This document shows positions 1 through 11,843 of a stretch of DNA of 64,000 nt, in pieces (position 1 is the first letter of the stretch; each line of letters begins with the position of its first letter). The position numbers and the translations under genes are program-made. The DNA is from Utricularia gibba (Eukaryota; Plantae; Magnoliophyta). The stretch is from NCBI GenBank assembly GCA_002189035.1, contig NEEC01000020.1, positions 930,001 to 994,000 of the forward strand. Direction: 5' to 3'. A model generated the notes under the pieces. That model saw nothing but the letters and a program-made list of their open reading frames with translations, made no database searches and was not told where the DNA came from.

Positions 1-621
1 AAGAAATTGCATCAGTTTAGTTGAGCCAAAAAATTTCTCTGCATGTACTAGTGTGCAGCATATATCGCACTTCACTTTTGGAAATAGAGCATCCAATTCT
101 TTCCAGAGAGTATTCAACTTTGTGTAGTAGTGCGCTATGCTCATATCACCCTGCTTCAGATTCTACAGATTGGACTGAACCTGATACAGTATGTTGCTGT
201 TAATCTGTCCATAATGCAACTCAAGAGTTTTCCACAGATCATGTGAACTGGTGCATCCGGTAAAACTACTAATGAGATCCTTCGAAATGGAATTCAATAG
301 CCAGGACGTCAACATGTAGTCATTCCGAAGCCACAGACTGTAAGACGGATCCGTCACCGGTGGCTTCGGTATCTCACCGAAGATGATACCGAGCTTATTT
401 TTCGCACCCAAAGCCAATCGCTCTCCGCGGTGCCAATCGAAATAGTTCTTCGTATTAAGGAGTTCACTAACCAGAGAAACATTCGGGTGATCAGATCCGT
501 TGAGATGCAAAGGATCTGCGCGATTAACATCTCCGTCAGGAAAGGCACTTAACGTCGGTAAGAGACCTATGTGCATTTGCTCCTCGGTCATGCGAGCGGG
601 TACTCCGCCAGAAATGGACAT
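1..621 (-). mobile_element. Ty1/Copia gag 5' fragment (element A), running off the window edge
   Basis: ORF 163-621 has the Copia gag N-terminus (DPLHLNGSDHP, NYFDWHR, LGAKNKLG, DYMLTSWLLNS, LWKTLE). The same frame continues past a stop at 163-165 as NLKQGDMSIAHYYTKLNTLWKELD...KLMQFL. Confidence 0.85.
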
Positions 622-799
622 CGCGAGATCAAGAACTCCGTTAATCGGAACGTGATTCCTCCACGCTCAACGCACCATAAACAAAATAGAGAATGTACGA
701 AACAAAATAGCGTTCGTCTGTAAAAAACTCAAACAAAAAAGAAAATCACAACCAGTATTTAAAACAACAAATTAAAGCGATCGGGTCTCATAGTCGGGT

Positions 800-2330
800 C
801 ATTTTAAGGCATGTCCTTCTTCTCCATCCAGTTCACGTAACCCAGTAGTAGCTGTTCTCTTCAGATTGTTCGGTTTGTGGTGACATGAAGAGGGGAAATA
901 CTCGATCCACCATGGGAGATATCAATATGATGTTACCATATTCATCTTGAATTGTACATTAATAGTTTGCTAGATGTATGTTGAAATGTTTCTCAACGAG
1001 TTGTCCTGAATGTGAGGCATTAGGAACATAGTATACTTCAGTGAGTTTCAGAAGCTTATGTGTCGTCTCTATGCAGGCATACCCTTGACCTTTGACATGT
1101 ATGTTTTTATCGTCTGCTACTTGAATGTATTTATTCTGCAGGGGTGAGAAGCTAGAAAAGAGAGCATGGTGATGACTACACCGATTGTCTACCAACTAGA
1201 CGCTCTGTTTTCGTAGATCGGTGAATGAGTTGAGCAAGGTACTTTTGCACACAAAGTAGAGTTCAATAACATTTTTATTAAAAGCATCAGACAGAGTTAC
1301 ATCTTTCACTTTTCCAGTGAGCTTTTTGACATTTTTTGCAGATTTTCCTCCTAGAAGATGATACTTCTTCAATGGGCAGACTTTCTCCAAGTGTCTAGAC
1401 AATTTGTAGTAGGCACAGATAGATTCCAGGTGCCGTCAACAAGTAGAATGTAACTTGTTCTTTTGCTTGCAGAAAGGACACTGGGAGTTAGTCCTGTCTG
1501 AGTTGATTGGGATGAGCATAGCTTGTGCCAGATCTATTGATTGGCTCTTGAGCTTTGAATGCAAACTCAAAAGTATTTTGTTGCTCATAATTATGCTATC
1601 TCATTTCAATGCCTTTGAGACCCTCTATGACTTGCTTAGGTGTCATGATGTGGATGCTTCTATCGAAGATAGAGGCATTGATAGTCGACGCATATTAAGC
1701 CGAGACAGTGATGATGATCTTCATTTGGATTTGGTTGTCATCAACCACTTCACCAAGTTGTTTGAGACTGTTGACCACTTTGGTGATCGGCAAAGCTGAG
1801 ATGCTTTGCTGAGGTAACATCTTAATGTTTTCAAACACTTGCCATTTCAACGTCGTTTCCAAAACCATGGTTTGTTGATTTTTTCCATAGACTTCTGCTA
1901 ACACGTTCCATCCTAAGGTGACGAGCAATTGTTGATTAAGTCGTAGGCATCGTCCACGGTAGCTTGGTTTAGCAGAGATTGTGCTTTGTTGACTTTGTTT
2001 TTCCAAATTTCTTTTTCTTCTTTTGAGTGATTGGCTCTTGGAGAGCCATGTCGAACACGTTCCATAGTTTGCATGTAGGGAAATAGTTGGCCATTTTCTT
2101 GGATCAATTGATGTGTTTTGCTGAGTTTCCATTGAAGGTGGAAGGGGGTTGAGAGAACAAATTGTCCATGGTGATTTGGATGGCATAATAGAAGAGGTAT
2201 TTGTGGAGAAGGTTTTTGTGTTAGGCTTTAGCTTCGCGTCAGGTTCACCACAAAAGGATTTTCAGAAAACTAAATGTGTAAACTTGAAGGCTTATTGTTT
2301 CTGAGCTAGTTACATACATATTTATATAGG
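800..2330 (-). mobile_element. Degenerate Ty1/Copia fragment (element B): LTR end, primer site, gag, protease, pre-integrase
   Basis: Gag-like frames at 1695-2186 (WNVLAEVYGK, FENIKM, VVNSLKQLGEVVDD). Protease-like VDNRCSHH...VKGQG...VYYVP...GQLVEK at 959-1195. TATA-like cctatataaat near 2320-2330 and a primer site at 2235-2250. Many stops and frameshifts. Confidence 0.75.
2235..2250 (-). promoter_or_regulatory. Primer-binding site complementary to the tRNA-Trp 3' end
   Basis: The minus strand reads TGGTGAACCTGACGCG, against TGGTGAACCCGACGTG (complement of the recalled plant tRNA-Trp 3' end); 14/16 match. It lies just upstream of the element B gag. Confidence 0.65.
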
Positions 2331-2399
2331 AAAATTGTAACCATTAACTTTGTAGAGGAAGCCGTTGCATTGTCTCTATATGCTTAACTTCAGTAGATA

Positions 2400-3986
2400 T
2401 GAGTTTCTCTCAACAGGCTGAGATTGCCGATCCATCATTTTGATACTTTGCACTTGCTTGGAACCCAAAACAATCAAGCACGGGTTCTTGAACGAGGACG
2501 TTGTCTTCCCCTCTTTGTTCGCATTTAGTTTCTAGATCTTGAGTCAAGTAGTGTTTCATGGAAGCATTTATTGGATCATCATCTTATAACATTACAAAAT
2601 CAGCAAATTAGATTGTAGTATTTCTCTTATAGAGTAAATCATACCCAAATATTCTTGTTACATAATGAAGTGTTGTCCTCTTGATACAAAGTACCATATT
2701 TGTTGAAAGTTTATAAAGCTTTAAATAATAACATGTCTCAATCTCTTATGCCAGATGTCACTCAGTTCCTTTATTTACCAAGAACACTTCGTTTACACTA
2801 TGAAAGATTTGTAGATAGAATGGGAAATTTTTATGAATATAGGTACTTCTAGAATAAGTGTACCAATCAGATTTTTAATTTTGCAAATGTCTTTTGTAAA
2901 TAAACATCGAGGTGTTTTTCTACTATCTATCCCATACTTAGAAAATTATGGTTGACCTCAAGTCAATAATACACTTTGATGATTATAGTTTTGAGGCAAG
3001 TCTTGATCTAGACATTTCCACATCCTTTACCATTTAGGTCTTTTATAGCTAAGAATACGATTTTTTGATACAAGCTATAAATTTTAATTTTCTTTGATTC
3101 ATATGCTCCCAAATTTTAGCTTACAAATGAGAAAACTTCGGTAGATTTTCTCTACTAGATTTTCCAAGTGCTGCTTTGCCTTAGCTTGTCTATGTCGTGG
3201 GCATACTCTTCCCACATGCTATTTTTGTTGACAATTTTTACACAGTTTCGGAATGATACCAGCACTTGATTTATGGAATCTCTTGTAATATATGCATGGG
3301 TCTTCTTCTTCCATATTGTCATTTGTAGTACCTTTTAAATTTTATATGATCCTTTGATGATAGTTTTGATTTTTCTCATGATAATCGCTTTTGCCTCAAT
3401 TGAACTTGTTTTTGTTGGTTTTTTGGTGTCCAATTGCCTGAAATGCAGCTGTATGAATTGATTGAGGCATAAACCATGTTTAAGATCTCAAGAGTCTATT
3501 AAGGAGTTGTTATATACATTTTTTGATTTATTCTTCTTTAATCAATTGGTTTACCCAAGGCTTTAAGGGCATCCAGGAAACTCAACAATTTTGAGGAGAA
3601 GCTAACTATCTCATTTGTGATGTTGACACTCTCAAAGGAGTGCCAAAACCTATCTCTATCTTTGTTAACAACAGTGGTACCATAAGTATTTTGTAAAGTC
3701 ATTCATAACTCTTTTGGAGTTTCATAGCTTGGGAAATTCTCATAGATTTTGATAGAAAAACCTCCATCAAAAGCATGGATAGTAGTAGATTCCAATTGTG
3801 CATATCGTATGTGGTCTTCTATGAGTTTTTGGCTCTCTATTATAGTTGCTGTCAAATCTGATGAAATGTCACATCTGGTAAAGAATTCCTAAACTTTGAT
3901 GTCTATAAGGTAATTCTTCATCATTTTCCCCAAGCTGGATAATGTGCACCATCAAACTTAGGTGGAGGGGTGACTCCCATTGCCAT
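2400..3986 (-). mobile_element. Degenerate Ty1/Copia gag-pol fragment (element C)
   Basis: ATG at 3986 gives MAMGVTPPPKFDGAHYPAW, a Copia gag start. Zinc-knuckle-like PCIYYKR...CKNCQQK*HVGRVC near 3200-3300. GAG-pre-integrase DIWHKRLRHV at 2759-2731. Confidence 0.75.
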
Positions 3987-3999
3987 GTTTTACAAAGAA

Positions 4000-4620
4000 T
4001 GAATCTTCATTTGATTTTTGTATTGTAATATTGAGTATTGCACTCTTTACATTTAGCATTACACATTTTTATAGTAAATTTCCAACTATTCATTGCATGT
4101 AGACAAATTTTCAAATTTTTTGAAAGATTTATTGTCTTTGTTGAGAACTTGTCTTTTGAGATTGTTGTTACATGTGACTTCCTAGGCCTTGCCATCATTT
4201 TGTTTGGGTCTTGTCTGATACTTTCTTTTGTCTTGTTGGAATAGGTCAATGCCCAAACTTCATTTCATACTCTTCATGCAATGTAGAACCTTCGTTCATG
4301 GAGATATTCTCTTCCCAACTTATTAGATAAATTAGTGAAGATTATTCAAATAATCACTTCTTATTAACACTGACATCGGAAGAATCATGCCATCCACTAG
4401 TGTCAAGCAATTACCCATCAATAGTTGAAGATGCATGTAAAATTAAAATAGGCAAAATTATTCTCAACTACCAGATAATCTTACACATATTCCTTATATG
4501 CTGATTAATTGTAACCATCCTCATTGCAAAGATTGCCATCAGGCCCTCAGCATCACTCTTGCTAATTCAGTCCAATTGTGGTTACATAACTCTACTTCCA
4601 ACCTATTTTCAACATGACCA
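4000..4620 (-). mobile_element. Possible further decayed retroelement fragment
   Basis: Coding-like composition with broken frames, contiguous with element C. No diagnostic motif could be read reliably. Confidence 0.3.
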
Positions 4621-5883
4621 AGCAAGGTAATTTTACTTAAAAAAAACAAAAGGAAATGAGAGAGGAGAAGAAATTAATAGTCATAAGGGAGGAAAATGAT
4701 TGCAAAAATTGTTAATTTTGTGATACTCTAAAGCAAAATGGAACAAAAAAGAGAGTAGAAGTGAAGTGTAGGAATTCTTTCTTCACATCACATTAATTCC
4801 TAGAAGAATAATCTTAACAATGACAGAGTCGCCGTCACACCGTCACACACAGAATCCTCTGAAAAGCATGAGACAAGGAAAACGAAGCACATGAAATACT
4901 GAGCACATTGAGAAAGCCAACTCAATATTGGATATTTCTAAAAACCTTAAAAACAGAAAAGGATACGTCTTCTGAGATATAAGCGTTTTAACTTTCAAAA
5001 GTAGAAAAACACACACACATATACACGCACACATTTCAAAATAATGTTATCAAATATATATGACTCTAATTTCAAAAAACTCTTCTTCCGTTGAAAAGAT
5101 TGCAAATTCTCATTTTTTTTATTAATAGAATCTCTTTTCTTGGAATGTTTTTCAATAAGTAAAATTAAACATAACTTTTATTTCTCATAAAAATGAGAAA
5201 CACTTCTCATTCCCAATTACAACGCCAATGTAAGGAAAATTTTCCAGAATATTATATTAATTATCAAATTTGGTCCAAATATATTCCATTTTTTTCATCA
5301 TTAGTAGATTTTACTCTTTGGAGTGAGTAGAAATTTCCAGTTTTTTTCGTTTATTAAACTAGAAGCATGTTTATGGGATTTTTGAAACTTAAAGTAGAAT
5401 TTTGAAATTCTTCCCCCTTATTCTGCTTCATTATATTTTTACTCTAATGCGTATGGTTTATTTAAACCAATTTGCTGCGCATCATCATCACTCAAGCTGA
5501 GAACCGTTCTCGCACTTCAGCCATTTGGCCCAAGGGGCGTCTGCGGGGAGGCTGTGGTTGTCATGTTCTTAGTTGGTCAGTTCCCATCGGGTTTGGCAGA
5601 TTCGCCTTTTGATGAATGTTTCCCATTTTTGTTCAAAGAGAATCGCGTTGGGCGATCTGGAGTTGTTTGCTCTGGGGTGGTTCCTGTCCAGCAAACAAAC
5701 TGGATTCTTGTTGCCAGAGCTCATGGACAAAAAAGCAGCCAACCTCAGTAGATTCTGGCGTTTTCTTAATCCTCCACACCCACTCAATTATTTCAAATGG
5801 CATCTTCACCAACTACTGCTTCCCGGATGAAGAAACTAACGGGCGTGAAAACAAACGAAGTTGAAGCAGTGTTCGCACCTTCA

Positions 5884-7723
5884 TTAGGAAGAATGCGATC
5901 CAGAATCATCGGCGCCATTGTCTTCGTCGTGGGTATCGGCATCAGGCTTGGGTTCGGTTTCTTCCTCACTGTCCTGATCGGCACATGGCGAGCTTTCACC
6001 ATCATCTTCCGGGTCTTCTTCATAATTGGAACTTGGGACATCGCCGTAGTATTCAGAATCGCTCGACACTGCGTCCTCATCAGATGACTCTTCCTCAGGG
6101 TAATCATTCCGAGGGTGGTTTTCATCTGAAATATATCACAAAAGCGTCACACAAGTTGTGGTGAAAGAATGCAATGTCTCCGAGGCGGTATCTGTGAGAG
6201 AGCATAGCAAGGTCAGTGTTGTATACATACCATTAGAATCATCAGTTTCGTAATCTGTGGGGGACTACCGTCATCAAAGTAATCATCTTCCATAACCCGG
6301 ATCCTGTACACATATACAAGTCATGAACCAAGGTAATGAAACCCTCCTTGTACACAAATTGAAAAGAGGTTCAATAGCGAAAGGGTTATATAGAGATTTA
6401 CAAAGGAAATGGGTGTTCAGCATCTCCTAAAATGTACTCTGCATCCTTCCTCTCAGCATGGAAGTCATACATGCAGTCATCGTCTGAAACATTAATGCAA
6501 GATGATAAGATCAGGGCGTCAGATTATCTAAAATGTCATTACTGAGGTAATTGTATAACAATGGAACCACATAGTCAATTAGAAAACGGGATGTGTGGGT
6601 GTTCCTCTTCAGAGGAATGGAGAAAACAATGGCAGAACTACAGAAAACAAGCTGATTCATCTTTCATATGGGTTATAACAACATCCAGAAAAAAAGAGCG
6701 AATCCTGAATGAGAAATGTACCATGTTCAATCTGTGAAGCAGCAGTTGGAACAACTTCTGGTAGAAGAGGCAAGTATGCAGCCATCATCTTGGAATTTTC
6801 TAGATCGATGTGGCTGGAAAACAGATCAACTTTGGCCTCAATACCACCATCAACCCGAACAATGTCATAGAACTGACAAATATCATTTGTAGCTTCCCCT
6901 TCTGATTCTGCATTTTTAGTTCTTCGGCTCTTCCATATTTGGTCAAAACGAGCATTTCTAGAGAGCGCCTGATTGAAAGAAATTCAGGTAGTTAACGGCT
7001 CTTAAACTTTGAACCATGGAGTTGAACACAACCATTTGGAGGTAAGCAATGTCACTTGCATACCAGAAATATAAAAACAAACTCAATAGCCAAAAAAAAA
7101 TATGGAAATGCTGAAACCGATGGGAAAAAAATTAAGTATGAAGTGTCTCCTATTAAGAAACCTCATATATAAAGTGAACGTACACTTGAAGACATGATAC
7201 TTCGCCTCCCTTTCGAATATCTCTCGTCCGATGACTTTTCCTTTTCAGAAAAAAAAAACATCCGAACGCAACCACATTCTGAATAATCGTCCACAAACAA
7301 AGTCTAAGAACATTCTAACCAGAAATGAATGAAGAACATGAAATGCTTCCTCGGTGCTATTCACTGTCTCCACATGCTCAACAAGAACTTTCTTAAACTT
7401 CAATTCTTGGACAGGAAATCAAACTAATCAAGATCTGAACCTATGGAAGCCCAAACACAACTAAACTTAACCGCAAGAGAACTACCTCTACTTGAAGAAG
7501 CTTCGGATGTGGATAGTTTCGCAAAGTCGAGCATCGGATGCTTCAACGGCCCCTCTTGAATCTCAATCCCTGAACAAAGATGTCAAATGAATCATGATCT
7601 CAGGATATTCAAGATTTCACAAAGAGAAAACGAAGGAAGAGTAAAGAACTCACACAACGCATCAATTGCGCTCTGGAAGGATTTGCCTATGACCCTAACG
7701 ATCACAGGCTTGACGCCTTTCAT
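5884..7723 (-). pseudogene. RDM4: RNA-directed DNA methylation 4 / DMS4 (Iwr1 family), frameshifted as assembled
   Basis: Exons 7723-7654, 7569-7486, 7405-7320, 7240-7184 (uncertain), 6968-6722, 6483-6402, 6303-6231 and 6125-5884, all GT-AG. They encode KPVIVRV...IEIQEGPLKHPMLDFAKLS, KKVLVEHVETV, NARFDQIWKSR, YLPLL.EVVPTAA, YDFHA, then TDYETDDSNDENHPRNDYPEEE and an acidic tail. The 73-nt exon at 6303-6231 is one base short of keeping the frame. Confidence 0.85.
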
Positions 7724-10700
7724 CGGGGGAGAATATGATTCCGGCTTCGATGTTGTCGGTTGGGGAACAAGATCGGCGTTGGAAGCAGCACTCTACTTGG
7801 CGCGGGCGGAATTGTTAAAATTGATGCCAACTGCCAAAATCAAACTTTTTCTTTTTGTTGCAAGAAAATATAATATCTAAATATTTTTACATATTTATAT
7901 GATACAAAGCACTAAACCAATAAATATTATTAAAAATATTTGATTTTAAAACAGTATTGATAAAATACTTGTAATTCATGTCTGGAATTTGCAAACTATC
8001 GATAGTAGATATAAGATTGTATATATAGATACTCGATGGAATTACTCCATTTCATGTGAGTACGATTTTTCGAAAAAAAAAAATGTTTATTAAATTTTTT
8101 AAAAATAAATAAACTAATAATTAATTTTTTCGACTGAAAATAAGAGAACGTTACTTAATAATTACTTCATTTTCAGTATAAATTTTTTATAAAAATATAT
8201 TAATTATGTGTTTTTTATTTAAAAATATTTTTATATAATAACTCAGGTTTTTTAAAAATTTGACAAAAATATCATTATAGTTATGATTTATATTTTTACA
8301 ATTTATCTATTTTCAATTGGATTAAATTTTATTTTTATTCCAAAACATAAATTAATTAAATAATCTAATACATTTATTAACAATAATATCAATAAAAAAT
8401 ATTGAATAGAAAGTGGGGGTATTAAGCAAATAATTTTCAAAAGATTAATATTTTGTAATATTCTAATTTCTACATAGAGATACATGAACCAAATAGCTTG
8501 TACATAGAGTTGCACACAAATATTTTAAGAAATCAAAATTATATTAATTCGTTGTACTGAATATATTTCTGATCACATTTTAATATTATTTGTATAATTC
8601 AAATGATTTATCATAAAATAAGAGCTTTTCTTATACAGTAAAAATAATTGAATAAAATACAACCACTCTCGTAAAAATAGAGAATTGGTTGCGTGGTTGT
8701 TATTGCTTCCAATTTTCCATATAAGACTAGAAATTTGATTTTAATCATCCAAGACTAGTTAAGAAAATTGCCTTTCGGAAGTGCGTTACCCGTGCTTCAA
8801 AAAATGTCATGTATGGTGCGTTATGGGATTAATGAATTTTTATATTTTTTTTGCAAACCCTAAACTCTTAAATCCAAAATCATAAACCGAAACTCTAAAC
8901 CCTTGAAACTTGAATAAATTATATACTAGAGATAAGAGATGATATATAATGAAGTGGTATATGACAGTATAAATTTATCTCAATACTTTTCTTTTTATTA
9001 TTTTATTTTATATTCATGATATAAATTATTTTAAGTATAATTTATTCCACTTATGAAATATTCTATTTTTATTTTTCCATTTAATTATCTCTTTTTATAC
9101 TTTCTATCAAACACACTTTATATGATTTATAGATTTTTAAGAACATAAAACAAGTTAAATAACTTACTAACTTGAAAAAAATAATAGAAAATCGTAAGCG
9201 CTGGCAAACAAAAAAGAGATTGTGCTCGGGGATGTCTCTCCTTCTCCAAAAACCTCCTCTTCTTATTTCTCTACGTGTAAGGGAACCTTTGGTACGAATG
9301 ATTGAGTTTAACCTGGTTTTGTTTTATTTAATTATATATAAATAGCAATCATAGATTTAAATTACTAAGCATGTGTTGGTGTTAAAATTATTAGAATTTA
9401 GTTTAGTCGACTTTTATATGAGCATTTAGAACATAGAATTAAGTAATTATATAATTGATGGGGTATTTCATAGCACCATGATCTCTCCTTTTCTTTCTTT
9501 TTTAATGTGATACTTGTAAGTATGATGAATCATTTTCCAATTATGTTTCTTTTGAAAAAAATACATAATTCGATATAGTTAATTTTGAATCTAGTATTCT
9601 TATTTTTTGAAAATAAAATGTTCTCTTCAAGTTTAATTTTATGAGGAATGATAGCCTCTTTTGCTTTAATTCGATCACATCCAATATTTAGTTTGTAACT
9701 ATCAAATATCAATTTCTAGTTCTACAGAAAGTAAGAAGTTGAGTATGCAAACCTTTTGCTTTAGAAGTAATTTATTATTTAACTTTATGGATTTTATATA
9801 ATGTTTTAACAACATATTTCATAGTGCTATTACTATAAATTCCATATAATGACTCCAAGCAATTATTTTGGTTACATATGCATTGATAACAGACAATTAT
9901 TAGACAGAATATGAGTAATATTTTTTGAATAAAAATTATTTATTTTAAAAAGGGCAGTATTTTCTTTTTTTGAAAATATGTACAAAAAAGTGGTGGAATA
10001 ATTAAAAAGTTGTATCAATGAGTAATGCATAGTATTAAATTTAACTTCTTACTAAATCAAGTATTAAGGTATATTAACTAACAAAAAGTAGAAGCAAGAA
10101 ATTATTGGAAAGGTGGATGAGGTAATAAGCTAAATAAACTGCTTCATAAAATTCATTGATTATATAGTCCTATTTGATAAATATTGGTCAAATAGCTCTC
10201 TTTTGTGTTTTTATTTGCTAAATTTTTTGTATACCATATTTATTATAATAAAAATAACTAATTTTTATTTATAAAAAATTGAAATGTAAATTTTATATAT
10301 ATATACACCAAATAATATATATAAGGTGCTCGAAATGTTTTTAATTTTTTTCATGTACCGCTAAAATAGATAATTGTTTGGGAAAATTTATTTTATATTA
10401 TTATTTATTTTAAATTACAGAATATTATTGCATTTTACTTTTGTGCCAAATTCAGCAGTTTTATCTGAGTAATGGTGTGATCGAAGAGAAGCATCGTTCT
10501 TTCATTTTCAATTACCAGAGTGGCCGTACAGCCCAGGAGGCGTAGTCAGTAATAGTAGTACTATACTCCGTCCAGGCAGCCGGAGCCGGAGCCATCCCAG
10601 CGTGCGTACTCAGGGGCGGTCTTGGGCCCAGTGTCACCGCGCTGGAGCCCATCATCTCTCTGCCCCGGACCCGCTCTACTGTACTAAAACTAGGCACAAG

Positions 10701-11843
10701 GATCCACCGCCTGGCGGCCTACATCTTCCTTTGCTTCACTTCCGTACTGCAACTCCGACGCGGATACCGAGGTCCTGCCAGCGACCCGTCGCTGTCAGGC
10801 AACACGACGGCGGCGGCGGCGCACCGCCCTCCAGCTTTTGTCTCCACCCCCTCCGTCCCCCACATCCTTCCCGTTTCTCCCAGGAATGAAATTCCAGACA
10901 TCAGGAACCCATCCAACCATATATTTGCTTATATTTCAGATAAATTTATTTAATCCCATTAACAAGAATTTATTCATACTTAAATCCAATTAACTTACAT
11001 AATTGCAAATATTTTACCTACTAGTTAAATGTCAAATAAAAAATTAATGTTACTATATCATCATTACCCAAACTCACCTACATCAAAATATTTTTACAGT
11101 GATTTACTAAAGCAAACACATTTGAAATTTAGAAACCCAATGGGACACACAAGAATGTAATATCAAGGGCTTAAACGATATTTCACATTAATTATAGATA
11201 AAATAGATATAAAACATAATTAAATAAAATTATTTTTCTAGTTTTATATGATATTTTTTATTGATAGAATAAAATGTAAATTTATCTTTCTAATTTTGTA
11301 CTATAATTTTTTGGTACGATACATATGGATTATTGTAATTTGTAGAAAAGTGGAAAAAGGTAATTAAATGAGGGCATTAGTATCAATTTATTGCAGAAGT
11401 AAATGTGGATGCTGCTGCAGCGGGGCTGTAAATTTGTCCCAAAAGAATCAATCCAATAGCATGCTAAAAAGTTACTTTTTTTATTTTTACATTTTCACTG
11501 ACCACCCCCTTCCAAACAAAGTCAAGGGGTATCTGTTTGGCTATTTCCAGCCGTCGGATTCATCTCACGGATCCCGCGTGGAAAAGACGGTTTCACCCAC
11601 CTTTTCCATCATTGTACCTGCAGGGCAGATCTGTCATCTACGCCATTTGCAGGAGAATGAACCAGCATATCTCTGAAAACATCCCTTGTACCTTCGCATC
11701 CCCCCCTCGTTTCCATTTCCATTTCTTTCTATCCTTTCGAAACATACTCGTAGACTCCCAGTGAGTGTGCCCATTCACCTCCCCCTCTGCGTGTAGTCTT
11801 CAAGATTGATTCTTGTGAAACTCCTGCTGTGTTTGTTTCTTCA

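Noticed and set aside
5793-6125. 110-aa minus-strand ORF (MKTTLGMITLRK...)
   Set aside because: It is the shifted frame of the last RDM4 exon. It matters only as the product of the frameshift.
7587-7880. 97-aa plus-strand ORF
   Set aside because: It is antisense to RDM4 exon 1 and its leader, and has no recognisable domain.
8855-8910. Telomere-like AAACCCT words
   Set aside because: There are only one or two exact units among degenerate ones. Such words are common in telo-boxes and Helitron-like repeats, so this is not an interstitial telomere array.
10608-10630. Partial resemblance to the complement of miR398 (CAGGGGCG)
   Set aside because: Only 8 nt match, and no partner arm for a miRNA hairpin was found.
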